Shown here in pieces: positions 51,374-63,612 of a stretch of 64,000 nucleotides of DNA. Below the pieces are notes generated by a model. That model had not been told where the DNA came from, ran no database searches, and saw only the letters and a list, made by a program, of their open reading frames with translations. This stretch comes from Marsupella aquatica. Lineage: Eukaryota > Plantae > Marchantiophyta. The position numbers and the translations under genes are program-made. Within the stretch, counting starts at the first letter, position 1; each line of letters opens with the position of its first letter. Location of the stretch: assembly GCA_973895155.1 (NCBI GenBank), contig OZ316891.1, positions 18,409,987 through 18,473,986 of the forward strand. Direction: 5' to 3'.

Positions 51374-54300
51374 TGTTTGACTAATTTCTCCAGTGGATCT
51401 TGGATGATTGAGCTCAAATAAACAGTGTGACCTTTGGAAACTGATTCAAACTCGTTACTGCAATAACATATTAATAATTGTTGCCATGCAACCTTGGGAG
51501 GTTAGGGGCGACCACTACAAGGCAGAGTAGGTCCAGGGTTCGTACTCGGCAGTCAGTCGACCTGCACCAGTGGGAGGACATCACAGTAGTTTTTGACACG
51601 GTGGAATCTGCATCGAAGGGTCAGGTCAGGTCATAATGTTACTCGATTATTAGAACGAATTGGGCTGGCCTGCTCTACATCATGTTATGCGATTCATTGT
51701 GAACGAGTTGGACTACATTATGAACAATTTGTTACAGTACTACCCACCAAGGTAGAATTGTCTCGAGCGCTTGGAATTTATCGTGCCCACATGCACGCAT
51801 GATTCTTAGAGGTCCAGGTCTGCAAGTCGGGCCCCAGCTCAACATCGGATTGTAAGTGTTAGCTAGACTTTTCTGAACATATTCATTGATCCTCTTAAGA
51901 CTCTAGGACTGTCAGGACCCAATTCAAGAAATGATTCATCATTCGAAAAGTACCAAAAGTTGAAGTGTCTCGGAAGTGAAAGTCAGTGCGAGACTGATGC
52001 TTTATTGAACACCTTCAAATTAGGTGCAGATCTCAACAAATGCTTGTAATCGTACAAATCTTGAACTTCCTTAGTGTGATTCAGCTTTCCACGGCATAGT
52101 GTATTCATCAGTTTGGAGATTTCAGGTGCATTATAATATCCCAAAACTCGAGTATGTGCTTTCATTTGCAAAATAATGGTCTGAAAACATTGATTTCTCG
52201 TGTGCGGTGTCACCGAGTCGGACGTCTCCAGGAAATATTTGCACTGAATTACTGGCCAGCTACAGATGTTTTGCACTTGGACACAAACTGCGAAATTTCG
52301 TTGCTAGAATAATCACTGCAAATCACCCGTGTTATACTCATTTTGTCCTCAAAAATTAAACTTCCCTGAGATGGCAACCTGGCTCGTGATTGCGCTTGAG
52401 AATGAGTGGTGCGAATTGTAACATTGGCCTGAATATTGCCTCCACGTGATATTGGCCATGCAATATGCCTAAAACCTTCTGTAGCTTGGTTTATTTCACA
52501 AGTCCTGTCAGTGCAGAAAAAGCAAGACCGCTGTACATATTGCCATGACAGGAAGCCGCCATCCCCTGATCAAGCTTGTAGCGATCGTAAGTAACGACTG
52601 CTTGAGAAAGCCCTTGACATTTAAGATTCTAGACTGCTTCTGTACGCAAATCCTGTTGTGACGCCGGCCTCAGAAACAGTAGTACTGTGCAGTGTTTCGG
52701 TGTTTCCTGTGGCCCACATTATGTCAAGTGTCGCCAAAATTTCACGGGTGAAAACTAACAGAGAATCTGCGTGCAGGAAGATGCCAGTCAGAATGATGAA
52801 GAAAGTTTGACATTCATCCTGATTCAGCTCGATTTCAGATGAGGAGGGTACGGACAGAGAAGGGAAAATCATGAGCTTCCATGAATCCACAAACTACACT
52901 GGGTGTGTGCCACGTCAAGTAATATCTTGGAGTTAAATAAGATTTGGGGTGGTCATTTCTACCAGTTTGGGATATGACAGTAAAAACTGCTATGCCCAAA
53001 CCTCCCAACCATTCCAGTGAACTAAAATCATGTTGATGTGGATCTGGAGTTTTGTGCTGGTGTGTGTATGGTTGTTTTGCCTAAAATAAACAAATGAATT
53101 AAAATTCATTCAAAAAGCCAACATGCAAAAGCAGTGTGAATGGGTTGCTTGTGGGGTGTGTGCACGCTCGACAAGTTATTGTTAGGGTGTGTCAAAGCAC
53201 AGTTGTACCTGAGTGAGTTACGACACAGGATATAAAATTCACTTATGGCCAGGATAGAATCTTAGTGGGTTACCAAAATACGTACCCCATAAGGGTGGTA
53301 CATCCAAAAAAATTAAGCCATAACCAAGCCATAACCAAAGTGTTAGGAGAACTTTGACACGCCCTATTGGAGTAAGTGTGGTTTTCTACATTCCACTATC
53401 CTTAATCTAAATACACATTTTGCCATTAATAAATTGATTACTACATTGCATGTAGTCTATTGCCACTGTTGGTTCAGCAAAGTAACTATATAGTTTGCTC
53501 AAACTGTGCACATTTGACCAGGTTATATCAATGTATGGTGATAGGTCCAAGTCTTTCACTGGAACTACAAGTGACACCCTTTTCATTGTGACACCCTTTT
53601 CACTGGGACTTGCCACGGATTGGTCAAATTCTGACTCTCTTAGCTTGAGAATTTGGTTGCATGTAGCAAAACAACCTGATTTTGACAATTGCTTGTGATA
53701 ACCACGCTCCCTGTTGAAATCAACCTGCAAAGCAACGTGTGGCAGTTGAAAGAATGCCAAACTGCTCAGGCCATTGCTGAATGAGTCCATAACAATTTCG
53801 TGAGAAAATCTAATCTAAACAATGCAAACTGTAAAATTTATCCTATTTGTTGACTTACTACCAGCTTTCCATCCTAATCAGACTTCTCTCTTCTCTAAGC
53901 TTAATCTCTATCCTTCTCCATTTGGTGAATAGTTGCGCTAACACTAGTAGAAAATGGGGCCTTTTATGACTATGACACATATGACTTATGTGCTCAAATG
54001 ACAAAATATGTAAATGACATAACATAAATGACATTGAAATGACTGTCCAAAATGACGGGGTGCAAAAAATGACTAATACTTGCAATAGTGTCATTTAAAC
54101 CAATGAGCCAAATGACTTTGACTGCTATAATGACAACAATCATGAGTTGTAGTCATTTTGGACAGTCTTTGTGAATGACACAATTAACAAAAACTCTGTC
54201 ATATCAGTGTTTCACATATGGGAAGTCATTTCAGACGACGGTGACTAATGACTAATAAATCAAATATGCAAATATCAGTGTTTAAAAATGTTAGTAGTCA

Positions 54301-54829
54301 TTTAAACCAAAAGTGATAAATGACATGATAAACAACATATGACTATTTTGAGGTTTATGGTTTAGTACATGTTTTAGGGTTTAGGGTATGATTAGTCATC
54401 CAAAATGTATGGTAGTATATATAAAGACCAGTGGCACTCACATATTAGATTTGAAATACATTTAGAGACCTAACAAGCCTTCTTTTGTTGTGAGTCTCAT
54501 CATTAAATTGATGTACAACTTAAAGGCTTGATAATCTCTAATAAGTATGTACATTTAAATATATACTTGCACCCATTCATTACATCTTTCCTATATATGC
54601 CAAGGACTCCTGAAGTGTTTACATTCCTTAAGCTGTATTCACATTTCACATGTTTGAGTATAGATGGGGGCATGCAAGGTTGCCAAATAACACTCTCTGG
54701 CATAGGTCTAGGGTTTAAGGTTTAGAATTTAGGTACTACATGCCTATATTTGCTCATGTCATTTTTTTCAATATATTATTCATGTTATTTGCAAAGGATT
54801 CCCAATCATTTTTCCCGTCATTTTTGCTC

Positions 54830-56770
54830 TCACTCAACTTTCTAGTCATTTGACAAGTGCCGCTAGATGTCATTTATGCAAATGTCATTTGGGATGTCAA
54901 TGTTGTGGTCATGTATGCCATGCAGAATATGACTCTTAAGAGCCTTTGGTGGCTGATTGACCCCATTGGTGATAGGGGCCGGCCATTAAGGATGATACCC
55001 ACTTCACATGGTGCGGGATAGGGTACTTGACAACCCTGGGCCACTAGTTATGCCACTTGGCCTCCACAACACTTTTTAAAACACACATTTTGCATCATGG
55101 AAGGGCATCACCCAACTTTGGGCAAAACACTCCCAAGTTGTTTGACTTTGGAGTCATTTGCCCAAAGTAATTTGGTCATTTGCAAGGGATCTTGAGTCAT
55201 TTGTGCGTGTGACTAAAGGTTTTTGTCATTTGTGGAGTGCCGAGGGGTGTCATTTAAGCAAATGACACAAAAATAAGTCATTGATGATGTCAATGCGGCA
55301 GTCAAGCATGCCATGGACAATATGACTCCTTGGGGCCTTTGGGGGCTTATTCGCAATATACGCGATCGTAGCCGGCCATTAGGGATGCTACCCACTCCAC
55401 ATGGCGCGGGATGGAGTACTTGTACACCCTGAGCCACTAGTTATGCCACTTGGCCTCCACAACACTTTTTAAAACACACATTTTGCATCATGGAAGGGCA
55501 TCACCCAACTTTGGGCAAAACACTCCCAAGTTGTATGACTTTGGAGTCATTTGCCCAAAGTAATTTGGTCATTTGCAAGGGATCTTGAGTCATTTGTGTG
55601 TGTGACTAAAGGTTTTTGTCATTTGTGGAGTGCCGAGGGGTGTCATTTAAGCAAATGACACAAAAATAAGTCATTGATGATGTCAATGCGGCAGTCAAGC
55701 ATGCCATGGACAATATGACTCCTTGGGGCCTATGGGGGCTTATTTGCAATATCTGTGATTGCAGCTGGCCATTAATTAGGGATGCTACCCACTCCACATG
55801 GTGCGGGATGGGGTACTTGTACACCCTGAGCCACTAGTTATGCCATTTGGCCTCCTCAACACTTTTTAAAACACACATTTTACATCGCGGAAGGGCATCA
55901 TCCAACTTTGGGCAAAACACTCCCAAGTTGTATGACTTTGGAGTCATTTGTCCAAAGGGGTCCAAATCACTCCCATATGGTCATTCCCAAGCCATTTTCA
56001 GTCAATTGTGCCTGTGAGTCATTGTGTTGGTCATTTTATTAGTGCTAGGATATGTCATTTATTCAAATGACACGGAAACGAGTCATTGTTCATGTCAATG
56101 TAGTAGTCATGCATGCCATGGACAATATGACTCTTCTGGCCGCTGATCGGCCATTGTTGGTGATAGGGGCCCGCCATTGAGCATGCTACCCACTCCACAT
56201 GGTGTGGGATAGGGTGCCCCTCAATCCTGGGCCACTAGTTATGACTAATTGGCAAAGCAATAGTTTTATGACCAAACTTTTGCACAATGATAGGGCATCA
56301 CCCAACTTTGGGCAAAACACTCCCAAGTTGTACGACTTTCAAGTCATTTGCCCAAAGGGGTGCAAACCACTCATATTTTGTCATTTGCAAGGGATTTTGC
56401 GTCATTTATGCAAGTGACTGAATATTTTCGTCATTTATAGAGTCATAGGATACGTCATTCCTGCGTATGACACAAAAACAAGTCATTGATGATGTCAATG
56501 CGGCAGTCAAGCATGCCATGGACAATATGACCCGTTGGGAGTTTCGGGGGCTAATTTGCAATATCCGTGATTGTAGCCGGCCATTAGGGATGCTACCCAC
56601 TCCACATGGTGCGGAATGGGGTATTTGACAACCCTTGGCCACTAGTTATGCCAGTTGGCTTCCACAACACTTTTTAACATGCACATTCTGCATCATGGAA
56701 GGGCATCACTCAACTTTGGGCAAAGCACTCCCAAGTTGTACGACTTACAAAAATGGTCATTGATGTCAAT
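54830..56770. repeat. ~400-bp tandem array, ~5 copies, within CACTA-2
   Basis: Anchor cactagttatg at 55042, 55435, 55832, 56233 and 56640 (periods 393-407). Each unit contains gggcatca(c/t)ccaactttgggcaaaacactcccaagttg and multiple GTCAT motifs. Confidence 0.93.
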
Positions 56771-57429
56771 GCAACAATCATGTAAGCCACACACAATATG
56801 ACTCATTACACCCCTTGATGACATATTCCGCCATATTGATGGTAGGAGCCGACCATGAGTTACATACACAAAACAATGATATATATAGGGTGTACGACGG
56901 AACATGCATAATTATGTTCATAAAAGGGCAGGGTTTAGGGTGAAGTGTTAAAATTAGACTAAGTCAGTCCACAATTATGTTTGAATGGGATCCTTCTAAA
57001 CATACCCCCAAGCTCGCCCCCAAGACCTCATCAATCAATAAGCTCCCCCTTGTATGTATTTATATGTTTTGGGGGTCATAATGAGTAATGGTTTAGGGTG
57101 CACATGGCCCCCCCTTTCCTAAGGGTCTCCCAAGTCTTTTGATGGGGGATAGGATCACAGCATCTGGACCGTCTATGTAGCATCTATAATCATCCCCTCA
57201 TGCAATCGTGGCCCTTTGCACAGGAATGTTATTTTACACTACCTTGCATTGGATGCCTTCCTTAGTCCGGTCAAACATCAAGAACAGCATATCGAATGTT
57301 GCGTTTTGTGTCCCAGTCGGTGCAGGTTTACGTGTAGGGTTTACCGTTGCAAGGCAGTGCATGCTCAGGCAGAGTGCTCTCACATTGTCACCCGACAACA
57401 TTAGGGCTGTGAGTTTCCTCGTAGCGATA

Positions 57430-57575
57430 AGCGGGGAGTTGAGGTGCGACCTTCAGTTGGTGTTGTGGGGAGTGAGTGCGCAACCTTGGTGCTGCGGGGA
57501 GTCAAGGTGCGACCTTGGTGCTACGGGGAGTCGACGGACTAAACTGCGGGGAGTCGATCGACCTTGGTGCTGCAT
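57430..57575. repeat. Degenerate GC-rich tandem repeat (GCGGGGAGT...GCGACCTTGGTGCT)
   Basis: About 5 imperfect units seen directly. Confidence 0.7.
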
Positions 57576-60500
57576 TCATGGGTAAACACGTTGACGGACC
57601 AAACGATAAGTGTGACAGGCTTCTCGTTTGGGCCACCCCAAATTTTTTCTAAGTGTAAAATGCGACGTGATACAAACCAAGATTTCCTACAAAATCAAAC
57701 ATTTTCAAGCGCAAAATCAAAACATCTCAAACTTTGACTAGTGAACCTTACAAAACGAGGTGGAATGACATTTTGTATCACCAAGTTTTATCGAGGCAAT
57801 ACGAAATATGATACGGGGCATCACATTTCACATTCCTTAACAAGTAAATTCGATGTGATTGCTTTATCAATAGAGAATATTCCAAAAAGATACCAACTAT
57901 GGTCAAGTTAACCCATTAATAATTGTACTATGGTAAAACTTAACTCGACCACAGTACAAACTAAACTAGGCTGAATCTGAAAAGTATATATAAAGGACCA
58001 CAAAAAATAATTAGCTTCATAATTTTGTTTTGTGTCCTCTAACCCATGTTACTCCTTCCTCAATGTTGAAAGCAATTGTCCATACAAACCCGGATTCAAC
58101 AAGGCCACCGACTAAAATGCTAGTAGTTATCCTCACTTATCCTCCTTTTCCTTTACTTCAAACCCAAATCTGATTCTTTGTATCACATTTCAGATTCTTA
58201 ATGTTACTTTACCATTCAAAAGTGATAGAGTACTCTTGAAAGCAAAACCCAAATCTGATACGCTGTATCACATTTTGGATTCCTAAAGGGTTGAAAGAGG
58301 TATTAGTTTGAGTGGGAAATGAGGGTATTGGGCTTGAGAATTAGATTTTGGATATACTTGCTTGAACAATCCAAAATCTGATACGTGTATCAGATTTTGT
58401 ATTCTTTATAGAGATTTTGTAATTTTGTTTCGGTGATCATCCTTTGCATTCCAATGCAAATTCCTGGTCATTTTGAATCTGGTGTCGGTATTCCTATATC
58501 CAATGCTCTCATCACGGACGAGACTTGCTTCCTCTCTGTTCTAAATTGAACAAATGCTTCCGGGGATCCTAAAGGTGAGCCAATCTGACGTCATTGACAT
58601 AGAAAATTGAGTAGACAACATTTATCTGGTTTAGTGGGTGAGACGTAATATGAAGAAATGTCTTTGTCACTTCCCTCTGAATCGGAGTCTTTAATGTCTA
58701 CTTGGGGCTCCACTCGCTTAGAGGGTGGAAGTTTGGCTTGCAAATGAGAAGGAATAAATCTATGAACAACCCCGGGGGAGGATTGGATGTAACTAGCAAT
58801 GCTTTCTTATGACTCAGAGCTAGACATGGTTATCATAAACTCTATACAACCCAGGTTTTCTCACAAGATGTGCCTCTACGACTGTTTAAATACTACAAAA
58901 TTTTCAAAATCTTGAGCACCCCACAAATGAAAAATATGAAGGTCCTATGAAAGTGAAGCTCAAAATTTGATGACGGACCATGCTTTTATAGTTTTGGGGT
59001 TGTGTTTGCCACGTGGCATAGCTTGATTGGTTTTCACTAAGAGACAAAATATAGAAATGATCTGGTTTCCAGAATTTTGAGAGCATTATGATCCAGGTAT
59101 CATGGTTAGGATTATACTCAATGTTTTGCTTCTAGTGACAAATGGACTGACCAGGTGTTTTGATAGGAGGTTTTTGGGTGTTCGCAATAATTCTGATCTG
59201 TGTATCATGATTGTAATTCCTCTCAAGGTTTGGAGGACTGGAAAATAATTTAAAGCATGTTTTTGAAGATGTGTTTTGAGTTTGGGAACCCAACAATCCA
59301 AGGATCACAAATTAATTGAATTCCTCCCATTATTTTATGCGCTAGAAAATTATTTGTATTTTCAATGGGTAGTTTTGTGTATTGGCAACAATCCATGATC
59401 CGTGGATCATGGTTGGGATTAGGTTTGATGGTTTGAATCGTGCAACAGTGTCATTTAGTTGTGAGTCTTAGCTTAACCGGAAGTGAGTTAAAGTAACTGA
59501 CTATGGATGTAACTGCGCAGTTGCATGGTAGTCCCCAAACCTTGGGTTCACATGACGATCAAATTTGGAGTTTTGGGTATCTTTCAATTCATAAATTATT
59601 ACTATTATTTTGAATTTGTTGTCAAACATCGTTTGGGCAGGTTGCAAAAGTCAATTCGTAAACTGAATCCAAAATTTGATACGTGGTATCACTTTTGGTA
59701 TGTGAAAAGTTAAGCGTACTGTTGCTCATCATAAAAAATTTAGTTTTTGGTCAAAATCTTGAGTTTGGAAACAATTGCAAAAATTTATCTAACACATTTT
59801 ATTTTTCCAAATGTGTGTATTCTAGTCTCTAGTCTCTCGCAAAACATGACATCCAAATATTTTATTTCCAAATCATTAGTTTAGCTCCCAAAACGTCACT
59901 AGGAGCAATACGAAAACTGATCCATTTCTTAATTTTTTTCAAAAAAGCTTGTTTTAACAAAAAAACATGTTTTGTATTACCATTTTTTGCAAAATCTGAA
60001 GAGGCTTCTCGTTTGGTGGTCACACTTCTCGTTTGGTCCGTCAACGTGTTGGTAGACATTGAAGGAGGGCCGCTGCGCTTGGCTGCCATTGTCGAGGCCC
60101 CGGGTCGAGGCAGGTAGGAGGACAGCTGCTACCATCGTCGAGGGCAACCTGCTTGCAAAATGGGAGAGTGATGAGTTGTTGTGTGGGAGGTGCGGGTTTC
60201 ACCGTGGGGAGGTTTGCACTTGGAGGTTGAGACCAAGCTCTTCATTGGAGGATTGCCTTATTTTGACTGCAAAGGTTTTTGAGAACCAGCTCAGTGGAAC
60301 TCAGCTTGCTCAGTGGAAACTTGTAGCTTCTTGTCACTAAGGTTGGCTGCTTACAGAGCAAGCTTGGTGGAGAAAGGACTCCGCAACACCGTTGCTCCCT
60401 CGGACTATCTACAGAGCGCAAGCTCCTGTATGTGCAAGTTGAGACCCGGGACCTTCAATGTTGTAGTTGCCTCCAACCTGCAACGCTGCTGCAACGCCAT

Positions 60501-62614
60501 TGCTCGCAAGCTGCTACAGAGCGCAACCTCTTGCGACTTCCACCTCAAAGGTATGACATGGATGATTGGAGTCAGTGGATAGTTGCGCATTCTCTGTCCA
60601 ATTTATGTGGCACTACGTCCCCCAAGTAAGTATCTGGCCGTGCTGCAATGTTGTGCTTCGAGCTGCGATGAAGGTGGACATGCATTAGAGATACCCTGTG
60701 TGTCCCAAGCACTAGAATAGACTGTGGCCTACTTTGCTTTGTCTATCCTTGAAGTTGCTTGATGCCACACACAGCGGCTTCATCACATCAAGTGTTCCGC
60801 AGACTCTCGTCTCTTATTTCAAGCTTCCTATTTCTACCAACATTGCTCTGAGTCTTAAAAAACTTTAATGATCAATTCCTCTTCAATGCTCTCTGTTGCT
60901 CTCCAGAAGTTTGCGTTCCTGACTGTATTCCTGTTCATTTTCTATTCATTTTTGTTCAGTTTATGTCCTTGTCTGGCCATACCTCAATTTTTGTCTTTTC
61001 TCATACTCTGCTTACTATGCTTTGTCATGCAGTATACTCATTTACTACAGATTGAATGTGGAGCCGATTGGAGGTGGGCATTGGAGTTGCGATGACCAGC
61101 AAGGTGAGTCCAAGAGGATTGCATCCTCAAGCTTAGGGAAAGAAAAGCTCTTTTTTCCTTGTATCCCCCGTTCTATCCTACTCCTCCTGCATGCAATAAT
61201 TTCTAACTGTATTCTCGTTTCTTACCTGTGTTGGACATACGTGCATTCTAAAGAGACTAGTCGCTGCTGAGGTGCCGCGATTGGATCTGCATTGGAGCTG
61301 CATTCCTGCCTGCATCATCCAAAGATTCTAAGGAGGATTGGAGCTTTGTTTTACAATTTGCGCCATCTGTAAGTATCTTGTGCTCAAATACTAGAGAGCA
61401 GTCTTACAAATTTTTTGCAATGCTGTCAGAGGTGTCTAGATTGTTGGACTATTGAATTGGTTGCCCATTCTTTGTGTTCTTCCTATTGCTGGTACTTATT
61501 TTTTGTGGAACATCCTAGTGAATTTAAGCTACGCAAATTGCCATAAGTCACAAAGGCATCTTTCATGCCATCTGGATATTGTGCCATCAAATTTTACGTT
61601 CCATTTCTTACATGATTGTGTTGGACTGACATTGGACCTGCATATCTGAAGAGACTTGTTGCTGCACCGGTGCGGTTAGTATTGGATAACCCTAAAGCTG
61701 CATTCCCACAAGCTGCAGCATCCAGGGATTCTAAGGAAGATTGGACCCTTGTTTGGTGGTGCTGCTACACAAGAAGGCTCCAGTGGAGGTGGGCTTGCTT
61801 GCATCCATGTCGTGTGTTTGTTGTTGTGATCGATTGGGTTGCTGTTGAGATTTATTTTTCTTGAATTTAGAAAATGCTTAATTGAGTCGTCTTGACTGTT
61901 TTTTCTTCACTAAGTAACAAGGCGGCCCCAAGAGACTCTGAATAAAATCCCTAAATCCTTGAAAGAACATCATTTTAAGAGTTGTGGTGACTTTCTACAG
62001 TGGTGACTTGATGTGGAGGTGAGCTTATTTCTCAGTGAAGGGGGGCCCAGTCCACTGTACTCAGATAATGACTTGTGTGCAGTGGCTAGTATACCAGTTC
62101 CTTTCTTTGTGCAAGTAAGACCTGTGAATGTTTAAATGAGTTTTTAAAAGGATAGAGGTTTTAATCCGATGTAGTTAGCCCCCCCCCCCCACAAGAAGAG
62201 CTACAGCCCTGTCTATACTATCCCCAGTCGCTACTGAATTCTACCTGCTCCAACAAGTATTGAATGAGTACAATTTCAGTGAACAATATTTAATTTGTGT
62301 GCTCTATGGTCTTCACAGTGGTTGCCTTTTTGAATAAACTTCTCTTTGACTCTTCTGAACATTTTTTCCAAGTCTGCCTGACACTAAACCCTGAACTGCT
62401 TGCTCTCTGTGCAGAGCACCCTTAAGCCAAAGCCAAGTTATTTTTGACATTGCTTGTACTCCGTGAGATCAAGGTGGGCAGGACATCTCCTGATTTGTAC
62501 TAAGACCTCTTACGGTAAGTACACTATGTCCACATACCATCTTTGTACTTGTCTGTTGCCCTTCTCCATACACTTCTTGTAATATTCAAGGTAATTACAT
62601 GTGCAGATCCACGC

Positions 62615-63328
62615 ATGACATCGGGCATGGCACGAGCTGATGCTGCCTGGCTGGATCCAAAGTTTGCCCATAAAGAACACCTTCGCTTGGATCCCCCTTG
62701 TTGTTTTGAATGTGATGAGGGAGGCACTATTTTGTTTTGCGATGGGCCTTGCAGTCATCATTTCCATTACTTAGTTCATGGCCAGCAAGCTCCTCAGGAG
62801 CCTGATGGCCATGGGCCTGAGTGCACACCCGTTGCCATTTCTAGAGGGCATGATTGGGCCAAGGAGTGGCTCTGTGACCTCTGTCAGCAGAACCAAGGTC
62901 GTTGCTTTGCTTGTGGACTACTTGGCCGAACCCTAAAGCCCACTACAGATGAGCCCCTTGTGGTCCAGTGTGCACAAGATGACTGCTCTTCTTTTTATCA
63001 CGTGGGTTGTCTGCGGACCATACTGAGGGCAAGGGAGTTGCCTCTCCTGGGGTACGCACAAAACTCAGATGCACATCCCGCTGCTCTGATATGCCCAAGG
63101 CATTATTGTGATGTTTGCAAGGAGTATCGGGATGGCATCTGGGAATTCATCCAGTGTCGTAGGTGCCCTCGTGCGTGGTGCAGGGATGAGGGACCATAGG
63201 CAGACAAACACCTCAAGAGAGGGGTGAAGGGTAGAGAAACGTGGGATATTGGTCCATGGCGTATGGTGTACTGCAATCGCCATGTCATTCCAGAGAGTTC
63301 TGATGTGCCACCTCATGATTTCAAATAG
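62615..63328 (+). pseudogene. EDM2-like: Stand-alone EDM2/NSD-type triple PHD-finger cassette (~237 codons), intronless, one in-frame TAG
   Basis: CFECDEGGTILFCDGPCSHHFH...WLCDLCQQNQGRCFACGLLG...VQCAQDDCSSFYHVGC...ICPRHYCDVC...IQCRRCPRAW. After TAG 63197-63199 the frame continues RETWDIGPWRMVYCNRH. The order and spacing match the EDM2 PHD array (CxxCDNGG..CCEG.C..SFH; CF.C..LG; CGxFYHPxC; CPLHKC; CRRCPKSY; RAW...IYCxxH). Confidence 0.85.
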
Positions 63329-63499
63329 ATGATAAGCCTTAGTTCAGTTGTGTAGAAAACACTGCCTAGTACAAAGTATATTGAACTTGTCATGGGTTAA
63401 GGACTTCTGGAGGATACTGGACACAAAATGGACTAAAGGGGTACAGTGGAGCACCAGAGTTTTTTGTTGGATGAAAATAGAGTGAAGTGCCAAGTTGGA

Positions 63500-63612
63500 T
63501 TCAATGGACTAAACTGAAATGGACTAAAGCAGGATGATTGTATGAAATGGACTAAACTGCCTGATTGTATGAAGTGGACTAAATTGTCTCACTGTATGAA
63601 GTGGACTACACC
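63500..63612. repeat. ~27-bp tandem repeat (GGACTAAA...GTATGAA)
   Basis: 4-5 imperfect units seen directly. Confidence 0.75.

Larger units (their letters stand above)
53942..57600. mobile_element. Left arm of a second CACTA element (CACTA-2); right TIR not found, so it may extend past the window end
   Basis: CACTAGTAGAAAATGGGGCC at 53942, preceded by TAA. Followed by a dense field of ATGAC/GTCAT subterminal motifs in both orientations. Confidence 0.75.

Noticed and set aside
54370-54390. Interstitial telomere
   Set aside because: Only two perfect units; treated as telobox motifs instead.
54830-56770. Repeated 72-78 aa ORFs (…ILSMACLTAALTSSMT…) as a tandem peptide gene family
   Set aside because: These are by-products of the 400-bp DNA repeat. 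Starts and frames are not conserved between units.
57735-57745. CTAGTG at ~57740 (and ~59135) as the right end of CACTA-2
   Set aside because: There is no extended match to CACTAGTAGAAAA, no TAA TSD and no adjacent subterminal motif field.
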